IMG/VR virus record: IMGVR_UViG_3300042197_004918
Coordinates: 109,818-173,817 of that record
DNA from: a virus
Strand: one strand, 5' to 3'
Length of the DNA: 64,000 nt
This document shows, one piece after another, positions 25,285 to 34,906 of this stretch. The notes under the pieces are model-generated. The model was not told where the DNA came from. It saw only the letters and a list, made by a program, of their open reading frames with translations, and searched no databases. The translations under genes were made by a program, and so were the position numbers. Positions within the stretch are counted from its first letter, which is position 1. Every line of letters starts with the position of its first letter.

Positions 25285-25526
25285 TGTTTGAAAAAATTAA
25301 CGAACTGTTTAGTGCTTTGGAGAAAGAGTTCCCATATTCAACTATGGGAGTAGATTTTAAGGGACGCCATGCCATAACGAGGGAGAGAGATGGAGTATTA
25401 GTTGTCTCTGTTTGGTCCAAGGGTTCAGTCTATCCAATAGGCGTTGACCCTAAAGATTTTGAAGATATTAACAAGTTTGTGGCCGATTCGAGAGTGATAG
25501 TGGATGGATGGAAGAAATCTGGTTGA
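25284..25526 (+). CDS. hypothetical protein; ATG shares the A of the tRNA CCA
   Basis: MFEKINELFS... Confidence 0.6.
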   Translation: MFEKINELFSALEKEFPYSTMGVDFKGRHAITRERDGVLVVSVWSKGSVYPIGVDPKDFEDINKFVADSRVIVDGWKKSG

Positions 25527-25576
25527 CGGAATCGGAAAGTCTGATATAGTTATTTCAAGGTTAGTTGAGTGAACAC

Positions 25577-26538
25577 GAAAGACCTTAGATTAAAAACTCA
25601 ACTGTATGATTGATACACAAATTAATCCGTTTACTGGTGACGATAGTGCGGTAAGACCGATGTGGGGTTGATTTAATCCACGTAGTTTTGAGGTGACTTA
25701 TCATCCTCACGTTTTGTTGATTGTTCTTTGTAAGTAGAATTTGGGAGGCCTGACTCCCTTCAAGATAAACCGTCGTAAGACGGCTAAAGCAGAAACCCCC
25801 TAACGGGACTGCGCCACAGTAATGTGGACACTCAGGCAACTGACGAATCAGTGTCTTTCACTCAAAAGGTGGAAGTATGTCTGAAGCTGGATTGGTAAAT
25901 GGTGATTGAGGGTAACACTGTAAATCATCTACTAACGGTACCGCCGAGCACTACTAATTCCTAACGGAACAGCCAAGAATAAGATTCAAGTCAAACGTAT
26001 AGATACAAGTCCGCAAGCAAGTGTTTATATGTAGAATGATAGAGAGTGGCCCAGGGTAACCGAGGACATAATCTTGAAATTCGGTGAAGTATCCGCAAGA
26101 GAAACACAAATGGTGTGTGGTATATTGGTTCCCAAAAGGAATTGATGTCACAAGCAACGCACGTCATTGTTAGGTGCATATTATATCATTGTTAGATAAA
26201 CTATATACAAAAAAGCCAAGTCGTTGCTTGTGTTCGTCGAAAAGAACGTAACTCTGAGGCCGTAAGGTAACTCAGACAACGAAGCGCTCGCAAGGTGTTA
26301 GTTGTTGATCCGAGTTTGGACGTGGTCCGCAAGACCTAATTGCTCGCAAGGCAACCGTTTGAATAGAGGTTGATTAGATGGACATTAAAGATGAAAAGCC
26401 GCATCTCTAAAAAGGCCGTTCTGTCAAATACAGACATAAACCGTAAGGTTGTGGATGTGGATACGTTGGGAAAGCAGCCCGCAAGGTTGTAATAATCCAA
26501 TCAAAGGTTGACACGAAACACTGTAGTCTCAGGTTTCA
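25577..26538 (+). ncRNA. large ornate ncRNA, GOLLD-like
   Basis: ~960 nt without a credible ORF; own promoter (TTGACG-N16-TATAGT at 25523); terminal helix; about 10 GCAA/GTAA-capped hairpins; flanked by tRNAs. Confidence 0.62.
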
Positions 26539-26542
26539 TTTT

Positions 26543-26631
26543 GGATGGGTGGCGGAGCCCGGTTTATCGCGCTAGTCTTGAAAACTAGAGAGGCCTAAAA
26601 ACCTCCGTAGGTTCAAATCCTACCTCATCCG
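26543..26631 (+). tRNA. tRNA-Ser(TGA), no encoded CCA
   Basis: CTAGT-CTTGAAA-ACTAG, long variable arm, G73. Confidence 0.92.
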
Positions 26632-26636
26632 CAGTT

Positions 26637-26728
26637 GGAAGTTAGCCAAATATTGGTTTGTTGGAGCTGTTTGCTAAACAGTGCCGGTGTAAAAGCCGGT
26701 GAGGGTTCGATTCCCTTGACTTCCGCCA
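26637..26728 (+). tRNA. tRNA-Ser(GCT), 7/5 or 8/4 fold
   Basis: GCTGT-TTGCTAA-ACAGT, long variable arm, G73, CCA. Confidence 0.88.
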
Positions 26729-26744
26729 TCCCGCAGTAGGCATT

Positions 26745-26778
26745 CTCCGATGACGTAATTGTTGTCGGAGGATTTTTC
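26745..26778 (+). terminator. terminator closing the RNA island
   Basis: CTCCGATGAC-N-GTTGTCGGAG followed by a T-run. Confidence 0.65.
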
Positions 26779-26824
26779 ATGTCCAAATTGGACGTAATCT
26801 TAGTTGTTGTGATATTTATTCTGT

Positions 26825-27193
26825 ATGGAAACCGACTTAAAGGGAATTGTAAAAGAATTTGGTGTATTTATAGTCAAGAAATTGTCTATCACCAAACCGT
26901 TTAAGATAGAGTTGACGAACAACCGGGAAGGTCTTAAAACCTATGCTTATTACGACCCAAAGACCGGATTGGTTAGGGTGTATAAAGGAAATCGTTCCAA
27001 AGCAGATATTCTCCGTTCCATTGCACACGAGATGGTTCACCACCAACAGAACCAAAATGGTAAGCTCACACAAGACCCCAAAAATCCTATTCCCGACATC
27101 GGCGGCGAAATCGAAGACGAGGCCAATGCAGTTGCTGGTCAGTTAATCAAAGAATTCAGTTACGCTCACGAAGATTTCAAGTTGTATGATTAA
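26825..27193 (+). CDS. zincin-like metallopeptidase domain protein
   Basis: AHEMVH (HExxH) ... EDEANA. Confidence 0.75.
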   Translation: METDLKGIVKEFGVFIVKKLSITKPFKIELTNNREGLKTYAYYDPKTGLVRVYKGNRSKADILRSIAHEMVHHQQNQNGKLTQDPKNPIPDIGGEIEDEANAVAGQLIKEFSYAHEDFKLYD

Positions 27194-28232
27194 GCTGGTA
27201 GAACAACTTCTATCAGAGTCCTTGTTGACCGAGATTAGTGAGAACACCTCTCTCTATCACCGGAGCTATAAGAAAATGGAGCCGGGCGAGATAATCAAAC
27301 CACACATAGCGGATGGAGGACTCTCATATAAATTCTCCGAATTAGCTTTGGAAGAAGAACGAAAACTTACCGCACCTAATGCACCTAGTAGACTCAACTG
27401 TGTTTTCAGTAGTTTAATACCGAGAAGTCGATTTGTTGACAAGGGGTATCTATACCGAATTAAACCGATTGGGAAAATATTCCTAGCAGACAGCACTCTG
27501 ATAGACGTTATCACCGAAAAATTTGAACGTGAGTATTACGACCGCATTGGTAGATATGACCAACAAGAACGTAAGCACTATGAAGAAGATTTCAAGAAAA
27601 AACCATCAATGCTTCTACAGTTCCTTCCATACGATGCGAATTATTATTGGAAGGGTTACGTTCCTGAATTTTCAAAACACGGAAAACAAGCTCTAAGGGA
27701 TATTGAAGTTTTGAGCGACAGTGCCAAGGTTTTAGAAGTTGTCCAAGAATCCGAGAAATCTACACCTTTTGTGGTCGGAGATATTGTGGAAGTTACCGAA
27801 CCAAAAAAGATTCGTGCGTCGTTGACGATTTACTTCAACTCGAAATATGAAAAAAAGGACGAACCGAAGGCCAATCTATCCACCGACGAAATGGCAGATT
27901 TGTTGCATAAAATAAAGAACCAAGTTTTTGACGGGGTTGACCCAGAACCATCGAAGTATTCCGACAGCACCTACGATTTCTTAGGTCATCTTAAAAAAGG
28001 AGCCCGTCTAAGGGTAATCAATTTAGCCAGCAGCATTAGAGGCGGCGACGGACGGTCGCAGATAAATACGGGAAGAAAATATGAGTCTCTAATGTTCGAC
28101 TTCTTTTTGGATGGTAAAGAAATTCATCGGGGTGCTAAGAAGAACGATAAAAACATAACCCACAGATTTCAAATGTATAGACTCAACAATGAATCTGTTC
28201 CCGATGTAAGCAAATATCTAAAGAAGGTCTGA
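27186..28232 (+). CDS. putative virion-packaged ADP-ribosyltransferase-fold protein
   Basis: LYHRS..PSRLNCVFSS..YLYRI..YW.G..IEVL; MIKL..LLSE leader. Confidence 0.5.
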   Translation: MIKLVEQLLSESLLTEISENTSLYHRSYKKMEPGEIIKPHIADGGLSYKFSELALEEERKLTAPNAPSRLNCVFSSLIPRSRFVDKGYLYRIKPIGKIFLADSTLIDVITEKFEREYYDRIGRYDQQERKHYEEDFKKKPSMLLQFLPYDANYYWKGYVPEFSKHGKQALRDIEVLSDSAKVLEVVQESEKSTPFVVGDIVEVTEPKKIRASLTIYFNSKYEKKDEPKANLSTDEMADLLHKIKNQVFDGVDPEPSKYSDSTYDFLGHLKKGARLRVINLASSIRGGDGRSQINTGRKYESLMFDFFLDGKEIHRGAKKNDKNITHRFQMYRLNNESVPDVSKYLKKV

Positions 28233-28499
28233 CAGTCAGATATTTCTTCTAATCTCGACCCGCGATGATTCTTTGAGATATTTCCACGCTTGGGATTTTA
28301 ATTGTCTATCCGACAAATCATCGTTCTTGTCAAGAATTCTCACATAAACTGGCTTGTCGTTAATTTCAAAACAAACTTCGTGAGTGGTGAGTCTTCTAGG
28401 GTAATCGTATTCTGAGTATGTCATAAACTCTGACTATACCTCTGAGTTTTTGTTTGTCAATCTACTTGACAGATTCACGATTTGATTTATGATTCAACC

Positions 28500-29027
28500 A
28501 TGCGAATCGAACCTTCTAAAATTTCAAACTGGTCCAAAGCCACGAAAACCAAGCCCGTCAAGGCAAAACCCCTTATCAGTCTCCTCGTTGATAAATCCAT
28601 CACAAGTAAATTTCTGGTAGATACCCTTGAGGGAAACGAACCCCTTGGTGCAGGGGTTGTGATTTGTGTAGGTGAAGCCGGCGATGTTTGGCAACAATCT
28701 CCTAAAAAACTTCTCCAAAAATACAACGTAACCAGTATTGACGACGAAGGGTGGTTGCTTTGTGAACCTAAGCCGGAAAATTTAGTTGATTGTATCAAGG
28801 TTCAGAACTTTTCCGACCTCCCGTTCGCGGTTGCTCCTCCTAGCGATGAAATGTATAAAGCCTACGATTTCTATGTGATAGGTTTGTGGGGTGCCACTGT
28901 CGATGGGTTTGGAAAATGTGTCCAATGGGGGGATAGTGGAGATTATCTATGTCGAAATCAAACCGACCACTCCGACGTATGGATTGTAAAGAAAAAAATC
29001 TTCGATAATACGTATTCAATTCTATGA
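28500..29027 (+). CDS. hypothetical protein (PGDYG-like)
   Basis: TLEG..G.AGDVW, GD.GDYL..W.V.K.IF..TY. Confidence 0.6.
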   Translation: MRIEPSKISNWSKATKTKPVKAKPLISLLVDKSITSKFLVDTLEGNEPLGAGVVICVGEAGDVWQQSPKKLLQKYNVTSIDDEGWLLCEPKPENLVDCIKVQNFSDLPFAVAPPSDEMYKAYDFYVIGLWGATVDGFGKCVQWGDSGDYLCRNQTDHSDVWIVKKKIFDNTYSIL

Positions 29028-29521
29028 ATGTAGTTTATTCTGACCAACCTATTGCCGCGTTGGCATTGATTAGTCCATCGGTGTTTCTGGCAGGCCCCAC
29101 TCCCAGAGACGCAGAGACTAAATCCTGGAGGCCTGATGCTCTTGATTTGTTTTCAAAACACCCTCTTGCCAGAGACATAAGCATTTTTATCCCAGAGAGA
29201 AGTTCTAAGGAATATCAGGATAATTATTATGACCAGGTGGAATGGGAAAAGCGGGGGTTGACTTATGCGAGTATAATTTTGTTTTGGGTTCCTAGAAAGA
29301 TTGACAAGATGCCTGCATTTACAACGAACGTAGAATTCGGTTTTTACTTGGGCACCAGAACCAACGATGTTTTATATGGTAGACCCGATGATTCCGAGAA
29401 AAACAAGTATTTGGATTGGTTATATACATCGGAAACTAAACGGAATCCAATCAATACATTGGACGTTCTCATTTCAACTACAATGGAAGAACTAATTAAA
29501 CGATACAAACACAACACATGA
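29024..29521 (+). CDS. nucleoside 2-deoxyribosyltransferase-like protein
   Basis: VFLAGPTPR..SWR..QVEWE..FWVPR..TTNVEFG. Confidence 0.8.
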   Translation: MNVVYSDQPIAALALISPSVFLAGPTPRDAETKSWRPDALDLFSKHPLARDISIFIPERSSKEYQDNYYDQVEWEKRGLTYASIILFWVPRKIDKMPAFTTNVEFGFYLGTRTNDVLYGRPDDSEKNKYLDWLYTSETKRNPINTLDVLISTTMEELIKRYKHNT

Positions 29522-30123
29522 ATAAATGGATTACTGCCGATTGGCACCTTGGAGAGACGCGGTTTGACATCATGCAACGTCCATTTAACGACGTTAATGT
29601 CCATTGTGAGACTATCATAAAAAACCACAATGCAGTCGTGGCTAAGGACGATATTGTGTATGTAGTGGGCGACGTTATTTACCAAAAGTCGGACCCGGAG
29701 GTTTATCTTCCAATGGTTTCCAAGATGAACGGCGTCAAGACTCTGATTAGAGGGAATCACGACGCTCCTTTCAGCGAAGAACAGTTTAAGCCCCATTTCA
29801 AAGGTGGAATAATCGGTGACGGTGACGGGGTTCCGCTTCTTATAGATGGCGTCAAGTGTTACGCGACTCATTATCCGTCCGCCGGCAAGTCAGACGCTTT
29901 CAATCTAGTCGGACACATTCACGGTGCATGGAAGGTTCAGTTAAATTGTCTTAATGTAGGGATCGACGTTCACCACTTCTATCCCGTCCCATTCAGCAAC
30001 ATATCCTTCTACGTCAATGCCATTACTAAATTTTACGATAATGACGTATTCGCTGCATATCTCGATGTAAATTCGACATTCAGAGAAGCCCGTGGTAAAA
30101 AATCATCATACTTGAAAAGATAA
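29518..30123 (+). CDS. calcineurin-like metallophosphoesterase
   Basis: ADWH, VGD, GNHD, THYP, GHIH, NVGID. Confidence 0.9.
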   Translation: MNKWITADWHLGETRFDIMQRPFNDVNVHCETIIKNHNAVVAKDDIVYVVGDVIYQKSDPEVYLPMVSKMNGVKTLIRGNHDAPFSEEQFKPHFKGGIIGDGDGVPLLIDGVKCYATHYPSAGKSDAFNLVGHIHGAWKVQLNCLNVGIDVHHFYPVPFSNISFYVNAITKFYDNDVFAAYLDVNSTFREARGKKSSYLKR

Positions 30124-30428
30124 TTTATGAAAAGTGAATCCTCGTGGGAAGACCACAAGCCAGAAGGAAGAAATTTCAAAAACAAAGACGTAGATGTGCG
30201 TGGATATTCCCCTAAATACGACGCATACTATAATGTGAAGACGGGAGAATGGTTTGAAGAAAATTGTGGACACGAAGACTGTGAGTTTTGTAAAGATAGG
30301 CCGGAAAAACACATAAGGCCAAAGGCTTGACACTTTTGGACTTTTGTCCTATAGTTATTCTCAGACAGTAAATCCTGATTTTGATAAGGGTTTAGCAGTC
30401 AGAAAACATAACAGATTAAGATACGATT

Positions 30429-31400
30429 ATGAAAGAAAAACAAGCAGATGTTACAGCGTGCGGCGTAATAGTCGCCAGATTCCAACTCCACGAACTCCAC
30501 GATGCTCATCGTGATTTAATCCAAAGCGTCATTGATAGACACGAACGGGTTATTATCTTCTTGGGACTTTCGCCCCTAAAAAATACCGTCAACAATCCCC
30601 TTGAATTCAAACAACGCAAGGCGATGATTGAAGAAGAATTTAAGGGTTGCACCAAAAACATCGAAATTCACTACGTTGACGATAATCGTGACGACCACGT
30701 TTGGTCGAAGAATCTCGACAAACAATTGGCCAAGTGGTTGAACCCCGGACAGAAGGCAACTCTTTATGGCAGTCGGGACAGTTTTCTAAAGTGCTACCAC
30801 GGAAAGTATCCGGTCTGTGAACTCGAATCGGATTATTTCGTTTCGGCCACTGACATTCGGAAGAAAATCATCAACAATTATCCGCCAACGAAGGATTTTC
30901 GTGCTGGTCTGATTGCTGCTACCGGGTTGAAATACCCGACAGCATTTCAAACAGTGGACGTGGCCGTGGTGAACGATAAAGGTGAAATTCTCCTCGTCAA
31001 AAAGCCCGGAGAAGCGCAATGGAGATTCATTGGTGGATTCAGCGACCCCCGTAGTTTGAGTTTGGAAGAGGATGCTCGCCGAGAGATTCACGAAGAAACG
31101 GGAGTTGCTACTGGAGACCCGATTTATCTCGGAAGCACTCTCATTGATGACTGGAGATATAGACGGGAAACGGACAAAATTAAGACCGCTTTCTTTGTCA
31201 CAAAATATCTCTATGGGGCACCTCAAGGCGCTGATGATGTTGAGGTTGCTGGGTGGGTTAATCTCGCTGACCTCGTTAAAAACCAGAACATTGTTCCGGA
31301 ACACACGGTTTTGCTCAAAATGTTAATTGATAAATATTTGGGCAACGTTGAACTGTATAAGAAATTCAACGAACGTATGGCCGACGGATTAATGCCTTGA
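30429..31400 (+). CDS. bifunctional NMN adenylyltransferase / ADP-ribose pyrophosphatase (NadM-Nudix)
   Basis: ARFQ..H.AH, NPL, SAT.IR; Nudix box GG..D....EEDARREIHEETG; GADD. Confidence 0.9.
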   Translation: MKEKQADVTACGVIVARFQLHELHDAHRDLIQSVIDRHERVIIFLGLSPLKNTVNNPLEFKQRKAMIEEEFKGCTKNIEIHYVDDNRDDHVWSKNLDKQLAKWLNPGQKATLYGSRDSFLKCYHGKYPVCELESDYFVSATDIRKKIINNYPPTKDFRAGLIAATGLKYPTAFQTVDVAVVNDKGEILLVKKPGEAQWRFIGGFSDPRSLSLEEDARREIHEETGVATGDPIYLGSTLIDDWRYRRETDKIKTAFFVTKYLYGAPQGADDVEVAGWVNLADLVKNQNIVPEHTVLLKMLIDKYLGNVELYKKFNERMADGLMP

Positions 31401-31484
31401 CTTTCGGTGATGGCGGTGATAACATAAATGTGACCTGATTTAGATGGGTCACGGAAACTAAAATAGAAAGATAAAGATAACTCT

Positions 31485-32918
31485 ATGAATGCTAACGAAA
31501 ATATTATCCTTTTAACGGATAGCTACAAAGTCGGACACCACAATATGTATCCGACAGGCACACAGAATGTTTACAGCTACTTTGAGAGCCGTAAAGGTGC
31601 CAAATTCAACGAAACCGTCTTCTTCGGGCTCCAAGCATACTTGAAAAAGTATTTTGCTGGAGTCGTCGTGACTCAGACCGACATTGACAAGGCGGACGAG
31701 TTTTGCAAAGAACACTTCCTTGGAATGAATTTCTTTAATCGTGCCATGTGGCAACGTATTGTTGACGTTCACAATGGAAAACTTCCTCTCCGGATTATGG
31801 CTGTCAAAGAAGGAACTCCCGTTCCGGTCGGCAACGTCTTGATGACGGTTGAGGCCACGGACGAGACGATTAACCCTGAGACTGGTAACGCTTATTTCGC
31901 TCCTCTTACAAATGTGTTTGAAACCATCTTGACTCACGTTTGGCACCCAAGCAATGTCGCCACTATCAGTCGGGACATCAAGAAACACTTGAAGGCTGGT
32001 TTCGATAAAACGGTTCCCGACGAATTGGGTTGGTTACTTGACTATATGCTCCACGATTTCGGTTTCCGTGGAGTAAGCTCGGTTGAATCGGCTGGAATGG
32101 GTGGTGCAGGACATTTGGTTAATTTCAAGGGAACAGATACCCTCGTCGCAATCACTTATGCCCGGCGTTATTACAACACAACTGAAATGGTGGCTCACAG
32201 CGTTGCTGCCACGGAACACAGTGTTATGACCGCAGAAGGGCCTGCTGGCGAGTTTAAGGTGGTTGAGAAGTTGATTAAAGACTATCCCGCCGGCATCCTT
32301 TCGGTTGTCAGCGACAGTTACGACATTGAGAACGCCATCAGACAGTATGGAACTACATACAAAGAGGCTATCCTTGGACGAAATGACGGTGCTAAGTTTG
32401 TTATTCGTCCGGACAGCCCTCGGTTTGAGGACGATACGCCGGCAGCACAAATTCTATGGATTGCTCAGGAGCTTGAGAAGTATTTCGGTGCTACGGTGAA
32501 CGGTAAAGGATACAAGATGCTTCACCCGAAAGTTGGTATCATCTACGGAGATGGACTCAGCCGAGATGAAATCATCGAAGCAATCGACACGCTTATTGTG
32601 AATGGATACGCCGCAAGCACTTGTGTCTTCGGTATGGGTGGTGGATTGTTACAGAAACACAATCGGGACACTCAACGAAACGCTTTCAAGTGTTCGGCTC
32701 AGAAGCGTGGAGACAAGTGGGTTGAAATCTTCAAAGACCCAAAGGACAAGACCAAGGCATCGAAACGTGGTCGTCTCGCACTTGTCTTGGAAAACGGCCA
32801 GTATAAGACCGTGTTGGAGAGTGAAGCGAAAGACAATCTCTTGGAAGTCGTTTTTGAGAACGGTGTTTTGACCCGAGATATGACGTGGAACGAAGTTCGT
32901 AACAACGCAAAAGTATGA
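31485..32918 (+). CDS. nadV: nicotinamide phosphoribosyltransferase
   Basis: TDSYK..H, ESR, LHDFGFRG, A.EHS, SVVSDSYD, IRPDS, IYGDG, FGMGG.LLQ..NRDT, K.SK.G. Confidence 0.96.
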   Translation: MNANENIILLTDSYKVGHHNMYPTGTQNVYSYFESRKGAKFNETVFFGLQAYLKKYFAGVVVTQTDIDKADEFCKEHFLGMNFFNRAMWQRIVDVHNGKLPLRIMAVKEGTPVPVGNVLMTVEATDETINPETGNAYFAPLTNVFETILTHVWHPSNVATISRDIKKHLKAGFDKTVPDELGWLLDYMLHDFGFRGVSSVESAGMGGAGHLVNFKGTDTLVAITYARRYYNTTEMVAHSVAATEHSVMTAEGPAGEFKVVEKLIKDYPAGILSVVSDSYDIENAIRQYGTTYKEAILGRNDGAKFVIRPDSPRFEDDTPAAQILWIAQELEKYFGATVNGKGYKMLHPKVGIIYGDGLSRDEIIEAIDTLIVNGYAASTCVFGMGGGLLQKHNRDTQRNAFKCSAQKRGDKWVEIFKDPKDKTKASKRGRLALVLENGQYKTVLESEAKDNLLEVVFENGVLTRDMTWNEVRNNAKV

Positions 32919-33196
32919 AACCAATTACTGCTGAAGAAGCGAGAAAGTTGTCTATGACTTCCAAAGAGTCTTTGGCTTCAAAGTTTATCATTGACATTTA
33001 CGCTTCAATTGCTTGTAAAGCTGAACTTGGTCATAATCAATTGTCGTATCCGATAAATAATACAAAAATCGACGAAGTTATCCTAAGTATAGTCATTTCA
33101 AAGTTAAAAGAACTTGGATATAAAGCAGAACACAGTTCTGGAAGTGATTGCCGTGACGGCGATTCTTGGAACAACCTTAACATCTCTTGGTGAATT

Positions 33197-34153
33197 ATGA
33201 CTAAACATTGGAATCAAACTAAAATAATCAATTCTTCCGACGAGAACGTGAGGAAGTATGTATTTACAAACGTCAATGCTGTGGCCGAGGCGGTTCTATA
33301 CAAATACCCCACGTATGTAGAGAGAACGGTAATCTGCTGTTCCACTCAATCTGGATGTCCCGTTGGATGTAGGTTCTGTGGTGCAGGAGATAATTTTGTC
33401 AGGTCGTTAACGACAGACGAGATTGTGAGTCAGCCGGAACAACTGTTGAGGGATACCGGTGTGGACGTATCTTCGATTGACCGTCTTCAAATCATGTTTA
33501 TGAGCATGGGAGAACCTATGTTAAATTGGAAGAATTTGAAGCCCGCATTGTATGAGTTGTATAAGAAGTTTCCAAAAGCACGACTTCTTATCAGCACATC
33601 CGCTCCGAGGGTTTTTGAAAACTTCGAGGATCTCTGTAAAGTTTCAATTGACATCCCTACGATTGGTTTACAGTTTTCGGTTCACGAAAGCACGGACGCG
33701 GCTCGTAAAAAGCTCATCCCAAGCGCCACTCAGACATTGGATGAAATTGCCATGAGCGGAGAAGATTGGTCTATTGCCACTCAACGCCGTCCGTTTTTCA
33801 ATTATTGTGTTCACCCCAACAATAATACTCAGGAAGACGTGAATCGTTTGACGAAACTTTTCCTTCCTAGTATCTGGGAAGCAACTCTCTCTGTAATTTG
33901 CGAACGAGACGAACACGTAGCGGCGGCTAATGAACGTCAGAGGAAACTTGCTCAGGACTTCTCCGAGAAGATGTTAAAATCGGGTTACAATGTCAGAGTA
34001 TTCAATCCTGCCGGGCAGGATGATATTGGAGGAGGTTGTGGACAATTATGGTTTGTCCAAGACTGGATGAAAAAACATCCGGAATTGACCAAACATACGG
34101 CTGGTTACGGTCTTGATAAGGTCCACACACCGAAATCAGTTGACTTTGTATAA
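33197..34153 (+). CDS. RlmN/Cfr-family radical SAM methyltransferase-like protein
   Basis: CCSTQSGCPVGCRFC, FMSMGEP, GQDDIGGGCGQL. Confidence 0.82.
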   Translation: MTKHWNQTKIINSSDENVRKYVFTNVNAVAEAVLYKYPTYVERTVICCSTQSGCPVGCRFCGAGDNFVRSLTTDEIVSQPEQLLRDTGVDVSSIDRLQIMFMSMGEPMLNWKNLKPALYELYKKFPKARLLISTSAPRVFENFEDLCKVSIDIPTIGLQFSVHESTDAARKKLIPSATQTLDEIAMSGEDWSIATQRRPFFNYCVHPNNNTQEDVNRLTKLFLPSIWEATLSVICERDEHVAAANERQRKLAQDFSEKMLKSGYNVRVFNPAGQDDIGGGCGQLWFVQDWMKKHPELTKHTAGYGLDKVHTPKSVDFV

Positions 34154-34393
34154 AACCGATATACACTGATAGTATGTTACACTTTCACGGCCAATTCAAA
34201 GAATCCAGATTCGCGTGGGAACTCTGTATGTTCCATAAACTACGAGAATTTTCAGATGGATTGACTCTGGTGGATTTCGACGTTAATTACGATAAATACG
34301 TCGGCGACCACACGCCGAAATTTGAGGTTCTTCTCGTGTTGTTCAACTATGTGATTGTCGATTTCTCAATCTATAACATTTATCATGCAGACC

Positions 34394-34567
34394 ATGAGGC
34401 CTATCAGAGCAATCATCGACCGGGCGGTTTTTAATTCCGTCTCAGACGCAGTTAATGAATATGAGGCCGACGAAGACGATATATGGTTCACCTTTATGTC
34501 CATTGATGACATTTATGACGACGCTTTGTTGATTCCACACTTTTACGTGAAGGACTTAAATTCCTAA
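34394..34567 (+). CDS. small acidic protein, paralog A
   Basis: R.IID..VF..V..AVNEYE..E..WFTF shared with the next ORF. Confidence 0.6.
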   Translation: MRPIRAIIDRAVFNSVSDAVNEYEADEDDIWFTFMSIDDIYDDALLIPHFYVKDLNS

Positions 34568-34579
34568 GTAACACTTATT

Positions 34580-34759
34580 ATGGCTGTCAGAACAATAATT
34601 GATGAAGTAGTTTTTTCTCCCGTCGCAAATGCAGTCAATGAATATGAGGGATGTGAGCATGAGGTGTGGTTCACATTTTTGTTAAACGACGAAGCGGATG
34701 AGAATTTTACAGATTTGCTGAATCTGATTCAACACATTTATGCAAATTCCAACGGCTGA
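34580..34759 (+). CDS. small acidic protein, paralog B (59 aa, not in the ORF track)
   Basis: MAVRTIIDEVVFSPVANAVNEYEGCEHEVWFTF... Confidence 0.6.
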   Translation: MAVRTIIDEVVFSPVANAVNEYEGCEHEVWFTFLLNDEADENFTDLLNLIQHIYANSNG

Positions 34760-34906
34760 ACGAGCGGTCGAAAGAATGGTTTTAGACAACTATTCTTTAG
34801 ACGATTACGATTTTATCGCAGATGAAAGAGATGACTTGAAAAGAATCGTCTCCGATGGTAGTCTTGAAGCAGTGATATTGACAGCGGTGAGTGACTTTTT
34901 ATACAC

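Noticed and set aside
25585-26179. Short minus-strand ORFs within the large ncRNA
   Set aside because: No recognisable motifs; better explained as antisense to a structured RNA.
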